Assembly: GCF_902713615.1 (NCBI RefSeq)
Contig: NC_052158.1
Coordinates: 42,681,159-42,745,158 of the forward strand
Length of the DNA stretch: 64,000 bases
Origin: Scyliorhinus canicula
Lineage: Eukaryota
Reading direction: 5' to 3'
The notes under the pieces were generated by a model that worked only from the letters and a program-made list of their open reading frames with translations, searched no databases and had not been told where the DNA came from. Below, one piece after another: positions 46,701-58,167 of this stretch (its first letter is position 1; the number at the start of each line of letters is the position of its first letter). Both the position numbers and the translations under genes were made by a program.

Positions 46701-49700
46701 GGGAGACTTTGGGTGGAGGAGTTGTCTCTGTGCAAGTTTGTTTTGTTACGGTTTGCGGACTGGAAAAGTTGTAAGGGAGGTGGTTGCTTCTTCCCTCCCA
46801 CTATTTGTGAGATTTTTTTGGTAATTTTTGTTTTGTGACACTTTGTTTGTGGGCATGTTGATATTTTGGTACTTTATACTGTCGTACTGTGCTGGCTGCA
46901 CTTTGGTATATGTACGAAAATTCAATGTGGGTTGTGTGGCGGCGGGGAGAGATGTTGGGTCTTTGGAGGGCCCTTCGGGTGGGAGTCGCCATGGTAGCAA
47001 GAAACGCGAGTGAATGGAAGTGAAATGGTGGGGGGAGGCGACAAGGCAGGTATGGAGGATGAGTCTGGTCGTTGACTGGGTGAGGGGCCATCTTGGACGG
47101 ACGCTATTCGGATGGGGGCGAAGCCTAAGGGTGATAATGGCAGACTTGAGGGGTGAGGGGAGGCGGAAGCCTCCGGTGAGAATTGTGACACGGAAAGTCC
47201 GTGGGCTAAAGAGGCCAGTTAAATGGTCCTGGGTGTTCACACACATGAACAGTTGGAGAGTGGAGGTGATTTTCTTGCAGGACGCACATATCTCTGGGTG
47301 AAAGATCAGATGAGGTTGAGGAAGGGGTGGGTGGGGAAAATGTTTCACTCGGGGTTGGATTCGAAGTCGAGAGGATTTGCTGTCTTGTTGAGCAAGAAAA
47401 CTGGGTTTACGGGGGCCAGAGAGGCATGGGACCTGGGGGGGGTGGTTGTAATAGTGAGTGGGGTTTTCGAGGGGGCACCTGTAGTGTGTACCCACCCAAT
47501 TGGGATGATGCTGAATTTGTGAAGCGATTATTAGGGGCGAACGCGGATTTGGACTGGGTGGGGGAGGAATTTCTATTGTGTCTTGGAGCCGAGGTTGGAC
47601 AGCTTGAGCCCCAAGTTGATGGGGTGGTTGAGAGTGGTTTATGGAGAGGAGGATGGGAATGGTGGATCTATGGAGGTTTGGGTAACCGGGATGAGGGGGA
47701 GCATTCCTTCTTCTCGCATGTGTATAGTTTATTCCAGGATCACATTTTCTTTGTCTTTTGGGCCGGGGTAGAGTTTGGATTCGGGGCTTTTGGCTGATGA
47801 GTTATGTGGGAAGGTGAGAGTGGCGATTAAGAACTATGTTGACCTTAACCAGGATGGGAAGGTATTAGCAACTACGTTTTGGGAGGCCTTGAAAGTGGTG
47901 GTCCGGGGGAAATTATTTTGTTCAAGGCCCAGAGGGATAGGATGAGGAGGGGAGCAGCACGATGGTTTTTGGATGAGATAGTTGAGGTGGACAGGAGGTA
48001 TTCTGGGGCCCCCACCAGGGAGCTTTTGGCAAAAGGGAAAGTTGCAGGGGTAGTTTGACCAGTTGGCGACCGGGTAGGGCGGTGGGTCGGTGGCGGGAGA
48101 AGGAGGTGCAAAATGAGTAAGGGGAGAAGGCTTGTCGTATGTTGGCGTTCAGTAGTATCAAGGGAAATTCTTCAGGTGAGGGCAGAGAGACGGGGATGTG
48201 GTGTCGGAGCCAGGGAGGATAAATGAAGTGTTTAAGCGTTTCTGTGAGGGGTTTTGCAGGGCCCAGGTGGTGGGGGAGGTGGCTGATATGGGGCATTATC
48301 TGGATGGGCAGGATTTCCCAGAGTTGGAGGAGGGGAAGAGGTAGGTGCTGGAGGAGCTGTCGGTAGGGTGTAGTCGTCGATTTCGTTGATCCTGAAAAAG
48401 AGGAAGGACTCATTGAAGTGTGGGTCCTATCGGCCCCTTTCATTGCTGAATACGGACATGAAAGTCTGGCAAATGTGCTAACGTGTAGGCTGGAGGGAGT
48501 GTCCAGAGGTGGTAGCAGAAGACCAAATGAGTTTGAAGGAGAGGCAGCTTTTCAGTAATATTCGGAGATTGTTGAATGTAGTTATGACGCTGTCGGGGCG
48601 GTGAGAGCTGGAGGTGATAGTGTCCATGGACAGAGAAGGCATTTGGCCAGGTAGAGTGGAGGTATCTGTTTGAGATTTTGGGTAGGTTTGGGTTTGGGCC
48701 GGGTTTGTGGCGTGGATTCGATTGCTGAATACATTCCCCATGGCAAGTGTGCGAATGAACGAGACAAGCTATTTTGGGTTATATAGGGAGAACGAGGCAG
48801 GGGTGCCTGTTGTCGCTATTGTTATTCACATTGGCGATTGAGCCCTTGGCGATGACTCTCCAGGCCTCAGCTGAGTGGTGAGGAGGGCAGGGAGCACGGG
48901 TATTGCTGTAGGCGGGCAACCTGTTGTTGTTTGTGTCTAACCCGCTGGAGAGTATGGGTAGAATCATGGGTTTGTTAGAGAGGTTCGGGGCCTTTCGAGC
49001 TACAAATTAAACAGGGAAAAGTGAGGTGTTCCCGGTGAATGATGAGGGGCAGGGGGTCAACCTGGGGCTCTGCCATTTAAGGTGGTGAGGGAGCAGTTTT
49101 GATATCTGGGGATCCAGGTAACACATAGGTGGAACTGATGGGTTTGGCGGAGGAGGTCAAGGGGGATCTCAATGGGATACACTGCTCTTGACATTGGCGG
49201 GGAGGTGGTGAAGAAGAAAGTGCTGCCAAGATTTCTGTTTGTATTTCAGTCCTTCCTGTTCAGTCCCTCACGATCTTTCTCCCTAAGGCCTTTTTCCGGA
49301 GGGCGGAGGCTCTAATCTCGGACTTTGTGTGGGCGGCGAATGTGCCGAGAGTGAAGAGGATTCTGCTGCAAAGGCAAAGTCAGGGAGGAGGGTTGGCGCT
49401 CTCGAAACTGTTGCATTAATATTGGGGGGAAGAGAGGAGGCAGAGTGGATCGAACTCGAGGAGGAGTCCTGTAAGGGCTTGAGTTTGAGGGCTCTGGTGA
49501 TGGCCCTTTGCCACTGGCTCTGAGGAAGTATTCAGGGAACCCAATGGTAGAATCAACTGTAAAGATCTGGAATCAGTTGAGGAGGCAATTTAAATTAGGC
49601 CACATGTTGGTGCTGATGGCACTGTGTGGGAACCAAAAGTTTACTCTAGCGGGCGGGAGGATGTATAGGCAGTGGAGGGAGGGTCCTACACTGGTCCTAC

Positions 49701-50030
49701 ACTGTAACAGTGGGTCAGGGAAAGACTCTCGGAGGGGAGGTGTGCGGAGACAGAGGAACTGCTGGGGAAGTTTGAGTTACTGAGGGGGAGTACGTTTGGG
49801 TGCTGGTCGGTGTGGGACTTTGCTCGAAAGAAGCTGCCTTTGTTCCCCCAATTACCGGAGTACACGCTACTGGAGAAAATGCTGCTCCCAGCTGAGGTGG
49901 GGAGGGAAAGATTGGGGACATATGTGGATGGCAAGAAGAGCAGAGCAAGGTATTAGCTAAAAGAATCAAGAAGTGGGAGGGGGAGTTGGGAAGGGAAATA
50001 GAATGAATTCCTCCTCCTCCTGTGCTAGAA
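46700..50030 (+). mobile_element. Heavily decayed L1-clade LINE (inter-ORF region and ORF2)
   Basis: Endonuclease start (VTRKVRGL..PVK...VIFLQDAH), later WEALKVV, RQGCPLS (RT) and GGLAL remnants, with many stops and frameshifts. Confidence 0.8.
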
Positions 50031-50503
50031 TAAGCTTGATTCTGTTTAAAGTGGTGCACAGAGTACAATAACTCAGGCTTGGATGAATGGAGATCATGGC
50101 TGATCTGTGACCTAACTCCATATACCTGCCTTTGGCCCATAATCCTTAATATCTTTGCTTAACAAAAATCTATTTGTCTCAGATTAAAAATTAACAACAT
50201 ATTTAGCTTCAACTGCTGTTTGTGGGAGAGAGTTCCAAACTTCGTCCACACTTTGAGGGAAGAGTTTCTTTCTAACATTTCTCCTGAATAGTCTAGCCCT
50301 AATTTTTAGACGATGCCCCCTAGTTTTAGAATCTCCAACCAATGGAAATAGTTTATCTTGATCTACCCTGTCTTCCCCTGGAAATATCTTGAACACTTCG
50401 ATCAGATCACCCGTTAATCTTCTAAAATATAGCTAAAACTGGTCTACTTTACGTGATTATGTAATTTACAGAGAGATGTAGCTCAATCCTTGTAATCCAG
50501 GTA

Positions 50504-50913
50504 CAGGTTAAAAATCCCTGATACGAAATACTTGGGGCTGAGTGTGTATCGGATTGGAATTTTATTGATTTCCGAATGTAATGTGCAGGTGCGGTGTGCA
50601 TTGGGAACTGGCGTGTGCAGTGTGCGTTGGGAACCACACATGTGCGGTACATGTTGGGAACTGCGCATGTGTGCCGCTCGTTGGGAACTGCATGTCTGCG
50701 GCTTGCGCTGCGCACATGTGGCGCGCATTGGGAACTGAGCGTGTGTAGCATGCATTGGGAATGTGGCCCACGTTGGGAACTGTGCATGGATGGAACGTTG
50801 GGAACTGCGCATGTATGGAACATTGGGAACTGCACATGTGTCGTGCCCAAAAAAAGTTCCGATTTCGGAATTTTCTATTTTTCAGAATTTCGGAATTAGG
50901 GATGCTCAACCTG
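50504..50913. mobile_element. Tigger/pogo-type MITE (Tigger4/MER46-like ends) with an internal minisatellite
   Basis: ~25-bp TIRs CAGGTTaaaaATCCCTgATaCGAAA / CAGGTTGAGCATCCCTAATTCCGAAA with TA duplication (50502-03/50914-15). It is inserted in a CR1 3' remnant. Confidence 0.75.
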
Positions 50914-51069
50914 TAACTTTTTGTAAACCTGTGTTGCACTCCCTGCAAGGTCAAAATATCTTTCCTAAGGTGTGGTGCCCAGAACTAACTCTCAGTAGTC
51001 CAAGTGGGGTCTAACTAGGGTTTGTATAGCTGCGGCAAATCCCTTTATATTCCAGTCCTCTAGATATGA

Positions 51070-51288
51070 TGTGGAGATGCCAGCGTTGGACTGGGGTGAA
51101 CACAGTAAGAAGTCTTACAACACCAGGTTAAAGTCTAACAGGTTTATTTGGAATCAGTAACTTTCGAAGCGCAGCTCCCTCATTAGGTGAGTGTGGAACC
51201 CACCTCTTCACTCACCTGATGAAAGAGCTGCGCTCCGAAAGCTAGTGATTCAAGACAAACCTGTTGGACTTTAACCTGTTGTAAGACT
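51070..51288. repeat. Foldback copy of a common shark repeat (probably Penelope-type terminal repeat); a single-arm copy is inserted at 62810-62932
   Basis: ~80-bp inverted arms (51111-51192/51210-51288) with a 17-nt loop. The same sequence appears in reverse at 62810-62932, flanked by an ACCCC-like duplication. Confidence 0.6.
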
Positions 51289-54200
51289 GACTCTCGATAT
51301 AAAAGCTAGAATTCCATTAGCCTTTTTGATTATTTTTTGCACTTGTTCCGGGCATTTGAAAGACCTATGCACCTGAGCCCCAAGTCTCTTTGTGTATCCA
51401 CTGTATTTAACCTCTTTCCATTTAGAAAGTATTCTGCTCTATTTTTCTGGAGTCCAAAATGGATAACCTCACACTTATTTACATGGAATTCCATCTGCCA
51501 CAATTTGGCCCATTCACCTAATCTGTCAGTATCTCAGTGCAATTTTCTGCTATCATCTGGATCAGTCGAAACTTTTGTTTCCATCACCCGGCTGACCTTC
51601 CCAACCAACCCTTATCTTTGGGACCCAGGTCGGCCAAACTTCAGTATTGACGCCGGCCAATCTTCAGGACCCACGCCAGGCCAATCTATGTACCACATTC
51701 GCTTATCTTTAAAGCATTAGGTCTTAAGGAGTCACTGGATGCTATCTTAGAAGATTGTATTTCCTTCAAGAAATTTTTCCAATTTTTAAATCATAAATTA
51801 GACTGCAAAATATTTTTTTCTCCCTATGAAGAGACCATCCCTCTCCAACTGCCAGTAAAATGTTGAAAATCATAAATCTCCAGCTCCCAGTTTGATAGTC
51901 GAAAGTATTAGGAGTATATGTTGGTTTTATAGAAACAGTAAATTGACAAGGCAACGCAGTTTTTGCACACAAGCCCAGCTGGGCACTGACTAACCAACAG
52001 GAAAGGACAGGCAGCAGCGAACACTGACAAATCTGACTTCACATTCCAATTTAAAAATGATAAAATCCATGTAACCACTATGAATGCTCTCAGGATGCAG
52101 GGTATTGAGATTCTGGTCCCTTCCCACTGTGAGATGATTGCGACAGTGTTGTATGCAGTTATTGTTCCAATATCTTGTTTAATAAGTTGGTGGTTGAGAA
52201 AAAAATCCAACCATACAGAAGTCATACAAAACAGCCATTTGCATAAAATGCAAAAGTGCTGGTACCATTATACTTCCTGTGCTCTGAACAGGGTTTTTCA
52301 AAGAATGGAGCTGTTGCATGTTTGTTGGATCTCTTTATGCCTTGGTTTTGGAATATCACAGATGACCACCAAAGAATATCTGCCACCTGGGAATGAGACT
52401 GAGGAGAGGTTAATTCACCTTCCCATCACCTGGATTTATTCCACTTGGCCATACGTCTGGTCCATGCAGGATGGATTATCTTATAGAGTCATAGTTGTAA
52501 AGGTCGATAGCACAGAAAAGGCCTTTCGGCCCATCAAGTGTGCACAGGTCAAAAACAGCCACCTAACTATTTAATCCCATTTCCTAGCCCATAGCCTTAT
52601 ATGCCCTGGGATCACAGGTAACCATCTAAATACTTCCTAAGTGTAATGACTGTCTCTGTCTCTCAGTGGGCCATTGGCCGTCCCGATGTAACATATGATT
52701 TTCACCCAAACACTAGCAATTGTAAAACGACTATGGAAATGTCAGCAACTCTCCCACCTGTTCCTTTCTGACCAGCAAGTCGTACCTTCAAATACATTAC
52801 TGCCGCGCTCTCAGCTACCATTTCTGTAATCGGAATGATTGGCAATGCGACTTTGTGAAGATTACCTTAAGGTACATCTGTTTCCATTTGCAACGCGCCA
52901 TCAGCTCTCCTACAATCAGTCGCAACATCAGCTTCACTCCTGATCTATTCTCTCATTTCTTGCCTAAACTTCAAATTATGTTCTCTGTTCATTGTCTGCC
53001 CTCTTCCATTCTGGTCCTTGCCATTCACATTTTTTGTGACCCTTCTGACACCCGCCTGCGACTCACCCACGGGTCGCAACCCACACTTTGAAAATCCCCA
53101 GGCTGTCTACAATGCCATCTAACTTTTTATCATCCGCAAATTTAGATATATGACTTTCTATGCCATTATCCAAGTCATTAATGAATAGTGTAAATAGTTG
53201 AGGCTCCAACACAGATCCCTGTGTTTTCACAGTAACTTTATTGCAGTATTAATGTAAATCTACTTGTGACACTAATAAAGGTTATTCTGAGTCACTTCCT
53301 GCCAATTGGAGCAATTACCCATTATCTCCACTCTGTTGCCTGCCACTCAACCAATTTCCTAACTGTGTCAATAATTTGCCCTCAATTCTGTGGGCTTCCT
53401 CTTTAGTCTCTTATGTGGAACTTTATCAAATGCCTTCTAGAAGTCCATATAAATAACCCGTAGGCATTTCCCCTGTCCACTACTTTAATCACCTCTTCAA
53501 AACATTCAATATGATTAGTCAGGCTTGGCCTACCCTTCACGAATCCATGCTGGCCCTCCTTGATCGACCAACATTTTACAAGATGTTCAGTTACCCCATC
53601 CCTGATTGTTGACTTCACCAATTTCTCTGCCACAGGCTAACTGGTCTGTAATTCCCTGGTTTCACCCCTTCACCTTTTTTAAAAAGTGGAGTGATACGGG
53701 CAATTTTCCAATCCGCAAGGACTACTCCTGAATCTTGGGGACTCTGGAAATTATAGTCAGGGTTTCTACAATGTGCTCCCCTACTTCCTTTAACACCCTT
53801 GGATGGGAACTGTCAGGTCCTGGGGATTTGTGACTCTTCAGTTTAATTAGTTTCCTAGTTTCTTGTACTTGCGTTAATTGTATTAATTCACTGTCCTCTA
53901 TTGCCAATTTTTGTTGGGACTTTTGGCAAGTTAGTCTCCTTTTCAGCTGTAAATGTTGAGTCAAAGTATTTGTTCAACATGTCTGCCATTTGCCCATTAT
54001 CACTGACAATATCTCCATTTTCAGTTTTCAATGGGCCTACATTGCTCTACACCACCCACTTTCAATGTATATAACTTTAAAATGTCTACTTATTGATTTT
54101 GATGTCCCTTGCAAGTTTCCTTTCATAATCCCTTTAGTAGCTCTTTAAGTTGCTTTGTAATACTTTTCTGGTCTTTGTATCTGTCCTATTGGTCTGAATC

Positions 54201-55112
54201 TGTATTGTGTTTGGCATTTTTGTAAGCCATTTTAGTTTTATGCTTCCCTAACCTCTTTAGTTGTCCATGGCTGTTTTTTTTTGTGAAGTGTCGCTTTCTT
54301 CTCTCACTCTGCATCTCGTTAAATGTTTCTTTTAATATTCTCCACTGATCGTCAATTGTTTGACCCATTAACAGATCTTCCCAGTTTACCGTGGAGAGTG
54401 TGTCTCATTCCATTAAAGTCAACCTTACCCAAGTCTAAAATTTTAGTATCTGAAATGTACTTTTCACTTTCAAACTCTACAATGAATTCAATCATGTTGT
54501 GATAACTATTTGATAAATATTCACGCATAGTTAGACTACTAATTAAATTTGGCTCATTACTCATAACTAAATCTAATATTGCCTGTTCCCTTGTTGCATC
54601 TGGAACATATTGCTGCAGGAAACCATCACGGACACATCCCAGAAATTCACTACCTCTCTGACAGTTGCTTGTCTGCCTCTCCCAATCTGTGTGTAAGTTA
54701 AAATCTCCCATTAATACTACTCTGCCTTTGTTACACACCTGCCTAATTTCTACATTTATACCATCTAACACTGCAGAACTGCTACCAGGGAGTCTATGCA
54801 CAACATCCATTACAGTTTGAGATCCTTTTCTGTTCATATGGTCTCCACTGGATACTTTCCTCTCATTATATCCTCTCACCATTGAGGTGAGTTTTTATCA
54901 GTAAGGCTGCTCCACCCCTTCTGTGACCTCCCCTGTCCTTCCTGTAAACTTTATAACCAGGTATATTTAGTTCCCAGTCCCGACAATCCTGCAGCCAGTT
55001 CTCCATAATAGTTACTACATCATAATCTTTCATTTAAATTTGTGCAGCTTATCTAATTTGTTCCTTACACTCCATGCATTAGTATATTGAACTTTTAGTT
55101 GGGCTGTACCCC

Positions 55113-55335
55113 TGTAATGAACTCCAATTGGCTTTATTGGTTGGCCAATTGGAGTATGAGCTCCCTCAATGATAGCTCATTGAGGGGCCCATATAATCAC
55201 ATGTGTAGGCTTTGTGAGCCAGTCTTAAGTTGACTGGACTGCTAGCAGCACTGTTTGTAGCTGTTCCTGTAATATCGTTATTGTAAATAAATATTGGTGT
55301 GGTGACAGAACTCCTGCCTCCCATGGATTACTACA
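55113..55335 (+). mobile_element. Solo LTR
   Basis: TG...CA ends, TATA-like catataa, AATAAA, and a 5-bp TSD ACCCC (55108-55112/55336-55340). Confidence 0.8.
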
Positions 55336-55454
55336 ACCCCCTAACCTGTCCTTCATCAATGATGTTGTATTTGCTTGTTTATATTTTTCACTTTTGTTTT
55401 TACCAGTATACTGCTTGTAGTTTTACCATGAACTGTAGTTCCCAAAGTTAGGGT

Positions 55455-55884
55455 TGTCATGTTCTCTGTATGCACAGATGGCAAAGTCTTTGTAGTTGAA
55501 GTGATCAGAGAACATACAGCTTTGCAAATGAACAAAACTCTTTATTAATTAACTAAAACACTAAAGGCTTCCTATGATGTCTACTAAGATTACAGTTGGA
55601 TACGACGGCTAATACAAGCAACTATGATTAACTATTATGAATTACTGTTGACTCGGGAACTGCTTGATCTATGTCTGCAGTCTGTGCCTGCTGTCCAGCT
55701 TCTGTCTCTGTGCTGTCCAGGAAAATGCATCCTGTCTCCATCTGGGTGTCTTCCCATGATCTGCTCCTGTCGCCACGCCACCTGTGGTTGGATGCTCGAA
55801 TTGTAATCAATGCAAGCAGGCCCTCATGTTTATATACAGTTTGATTATGTTAAATGCACAAATGATATTCTGCATATCATTACA
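55455..55884 (-). mobile_element. Probable solo LTR
   Basis: TG...CA ends and minus-strand AATAAA near the left end. The flanking duplication (AGGGT/AGGTT) is imperfect. Confidence 0.5.
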
Positions 55885-57019
55885 AGGTTCCTGACTTTCT
55901 CTTTACTCTCTGCCCTGCTGCTTGTCTGTATTGACTTCCCCTGAGACCCACCCCCACTTATTAGTCCAAAGTCCTTATGACCACCCTGTTTATCCTTTCC
56001 ACTAGAACACTGGTCCCAGACCAGTTCAGGTGGAGACCCTCCCAATGGTACAGCTCCCTTCAGTCCCAATACTGATGCCAGTGCCCCAGAAAAGTCTTTC
56101 CCACACCATTCCTTTAGCCACATGTTTGCTTCCCCTATTCCTCATCCCGATGCCACTTTACACGTGCCTCGGGTAATAATCCAGAGATTATAACCCTTGA
56201 GGACCTGTTATACTATTTGTCCCAATGGGGACCACAACAACCAGATCCTCCCCAGCCAATTGGAGATATCTCTCACCCTGGCACCAGGTCGGCAGAGTAT
56301 CATGCAGGACTCTTGTTCCTGTGCACAAAGGATGCCATCAGTGAGCCTAATTATGGAATCCTTTAGCACTACCACTTTTCCTTTTCTCCCCCCCCCCCCC
56401 CCCCCCCCCTCTTGAATGACCTCCTGGACCACGGTCAGCTAGCTCATTCCACCTACAGTCTTATTCCTCATCCACACAGCGAGCAAGTACCGTGCCCATG
56501 TTGGATTAGGTCAAATGCTGAGGCTCCTCCATTCTGAATTTAGGATCCCTCTACCTGCCTTACTTGCAGTTATCAAACCCTGCTGTCCCTGACCACTGCC
56601 CAAATTTGAGGTAATTAATCTATGGAATGTGACTGCCTCCTGAAGCACCGCATCCAGATAACTCTCCCCCTGCCACAGTGTTTGAAACTCGGAGCCAGCT
56701 GATCAACTCTGAGACAAAATTCCTCCAACTGCAAACACTTGCTGCCTATGTGGTCAGAGTGGCTTGCAATGGGATCTGCCAGCTCCCACATCATGCAGCT
56801 ACAGCACAGGATCCAAATACCTGGGACACAGAATCCAAGGATCAATTACTCAGTGACACTGGTTCTGGAGACCAATTACACAGACATTGGATCCAAGGAC
56901 CAATTACCCCAAGACACTGAATCCAGGGACCACAGGATCTGCTATCTTTTATGAAATACCTGTAAATTTGAAGATTAACAAATTGACCCAATCAAATTGT
57001 TGTTACACGTAATAGCGCA

Positions 57020-58135
57020 GTCGTGCAGTGGTTATCACTTTTGCTTCACAGAACCAAGGTCCCAGGTTCGATCCTGGCTCTGGGTCACTGTCCGTGTGGA
57101 GTTTGCACATTCTCCCAATGTTTGCATGGGTTTCACCCCCACAACACAAAGATGTGCAGGGTAGGTGGATTGGCCATGCTAAGTTGCTCCTTAATTGGGA
57201 AAAAATGAACACGTTAATTTGCATCCAGCATGTTAACAGATTTAACATTGACACCAATTTGAAATGGATACAGAAAAATGAAAATAGATACAGAAAATGA
57301 TTAATCAGCAAGTTGAGGAAAGAACCATAACAAAAGCAGCTGCTTTGTTACTTGCAGCAAATCAACTGTTCACTGATATTTAACATCAGAATCTTTTGTA
57401 TGCTTTCATGAGATGTTGGAGGCAAGATCAGAAATTGTCACCTATCCCTAATTTTACCCTTGAACTGAGTGATTCACTCAGTCATTTTAAGGGGCAGGTA
57501 AAAGTCACCCAATTGCTGGAGGGTCTGGAGTCACATGTAGGTCAGACCAAACAAGGACATGAGTGAACTAGATAGGTTTTAACAACAATTGATAATAGTC
57601 ACCATGACTGAGACTAGCTTTACATTCTAGATTTAAAAAAAATTAATTAAGCTTATTAATTTTTAAAAAATTAGTGTACCCAATTCATTTTGTCCAATTA
57701 AGGAGCAACTTAGCATGGCCAATCCACCTAACCAGCATATCTTTGTGTTGTGGGGGAGAAACCCACGCAAACATTGGGAGAATGTGCAAACTCCACACGG
57801 ACAGTGACCCAGAGCCAGGATCAAACCTGGGACCTCGGTGCTGTGAAGCAAAAGTGATAACCACTGTGTTGCCCCTAATTGAACTTATCAATAATAATCT
57901 TTATTAGTGTCACAAGTAGGCTTAAATTAACACTGCAATGAAGTTACTGTGAAAATCCCCTGGTCACAACACTCCGACGCCTGTTTGGGTACACTGAGCA
58001 AGAATTCAGAATGTCCAAATTACCTAACAAGCATGCCTTTTGGGACTTGTGGGAGGAAATAGGAGCACCCGGAGAAAACCCACGCAGACACAGGGAGATT
58101 GTACAGACTCTGCACAGACAGTGACCCAAGTTCTA
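57020..58135. mobile_element. Mirror SINE cluster
   Basis: Reverse-complement match to 5500-6620. Confidence 0.8.
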
Positions 58136-58167
58136 CACTTTTTCAGGAGAATGAGTTTGTTTACTAT

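Larger units (their letters stand above)
50150..56830 (-). mobile_element. Pile of old CR1 fragments (3' end, RT, endonuclease, ORF1) interrupted by younger insertions and unique DNA
   Basis: Minus-strand ORF remnants: QHGFVKGR (53403-53633), VLMGDFN...EQAILDLV (54352-54882), esterase-like DSIIRLTD...PGARVRDIS (56208-56432), and ORF1 zinc finger ~56615-56830. Confidence 0.75.

Noticed and set aside
52080-52574. 164-aa ORF in unique sequence
   Set aside because: No recognisable domain, no splice or codon evidence, and it lies within intron 2.
52665-53100. hAT-Charlie-like element (gggtcgcaacccacactttgaaaatcccc end)
   Set aside because: Only one plausible terminus was found, with no matching TIR or TSD.
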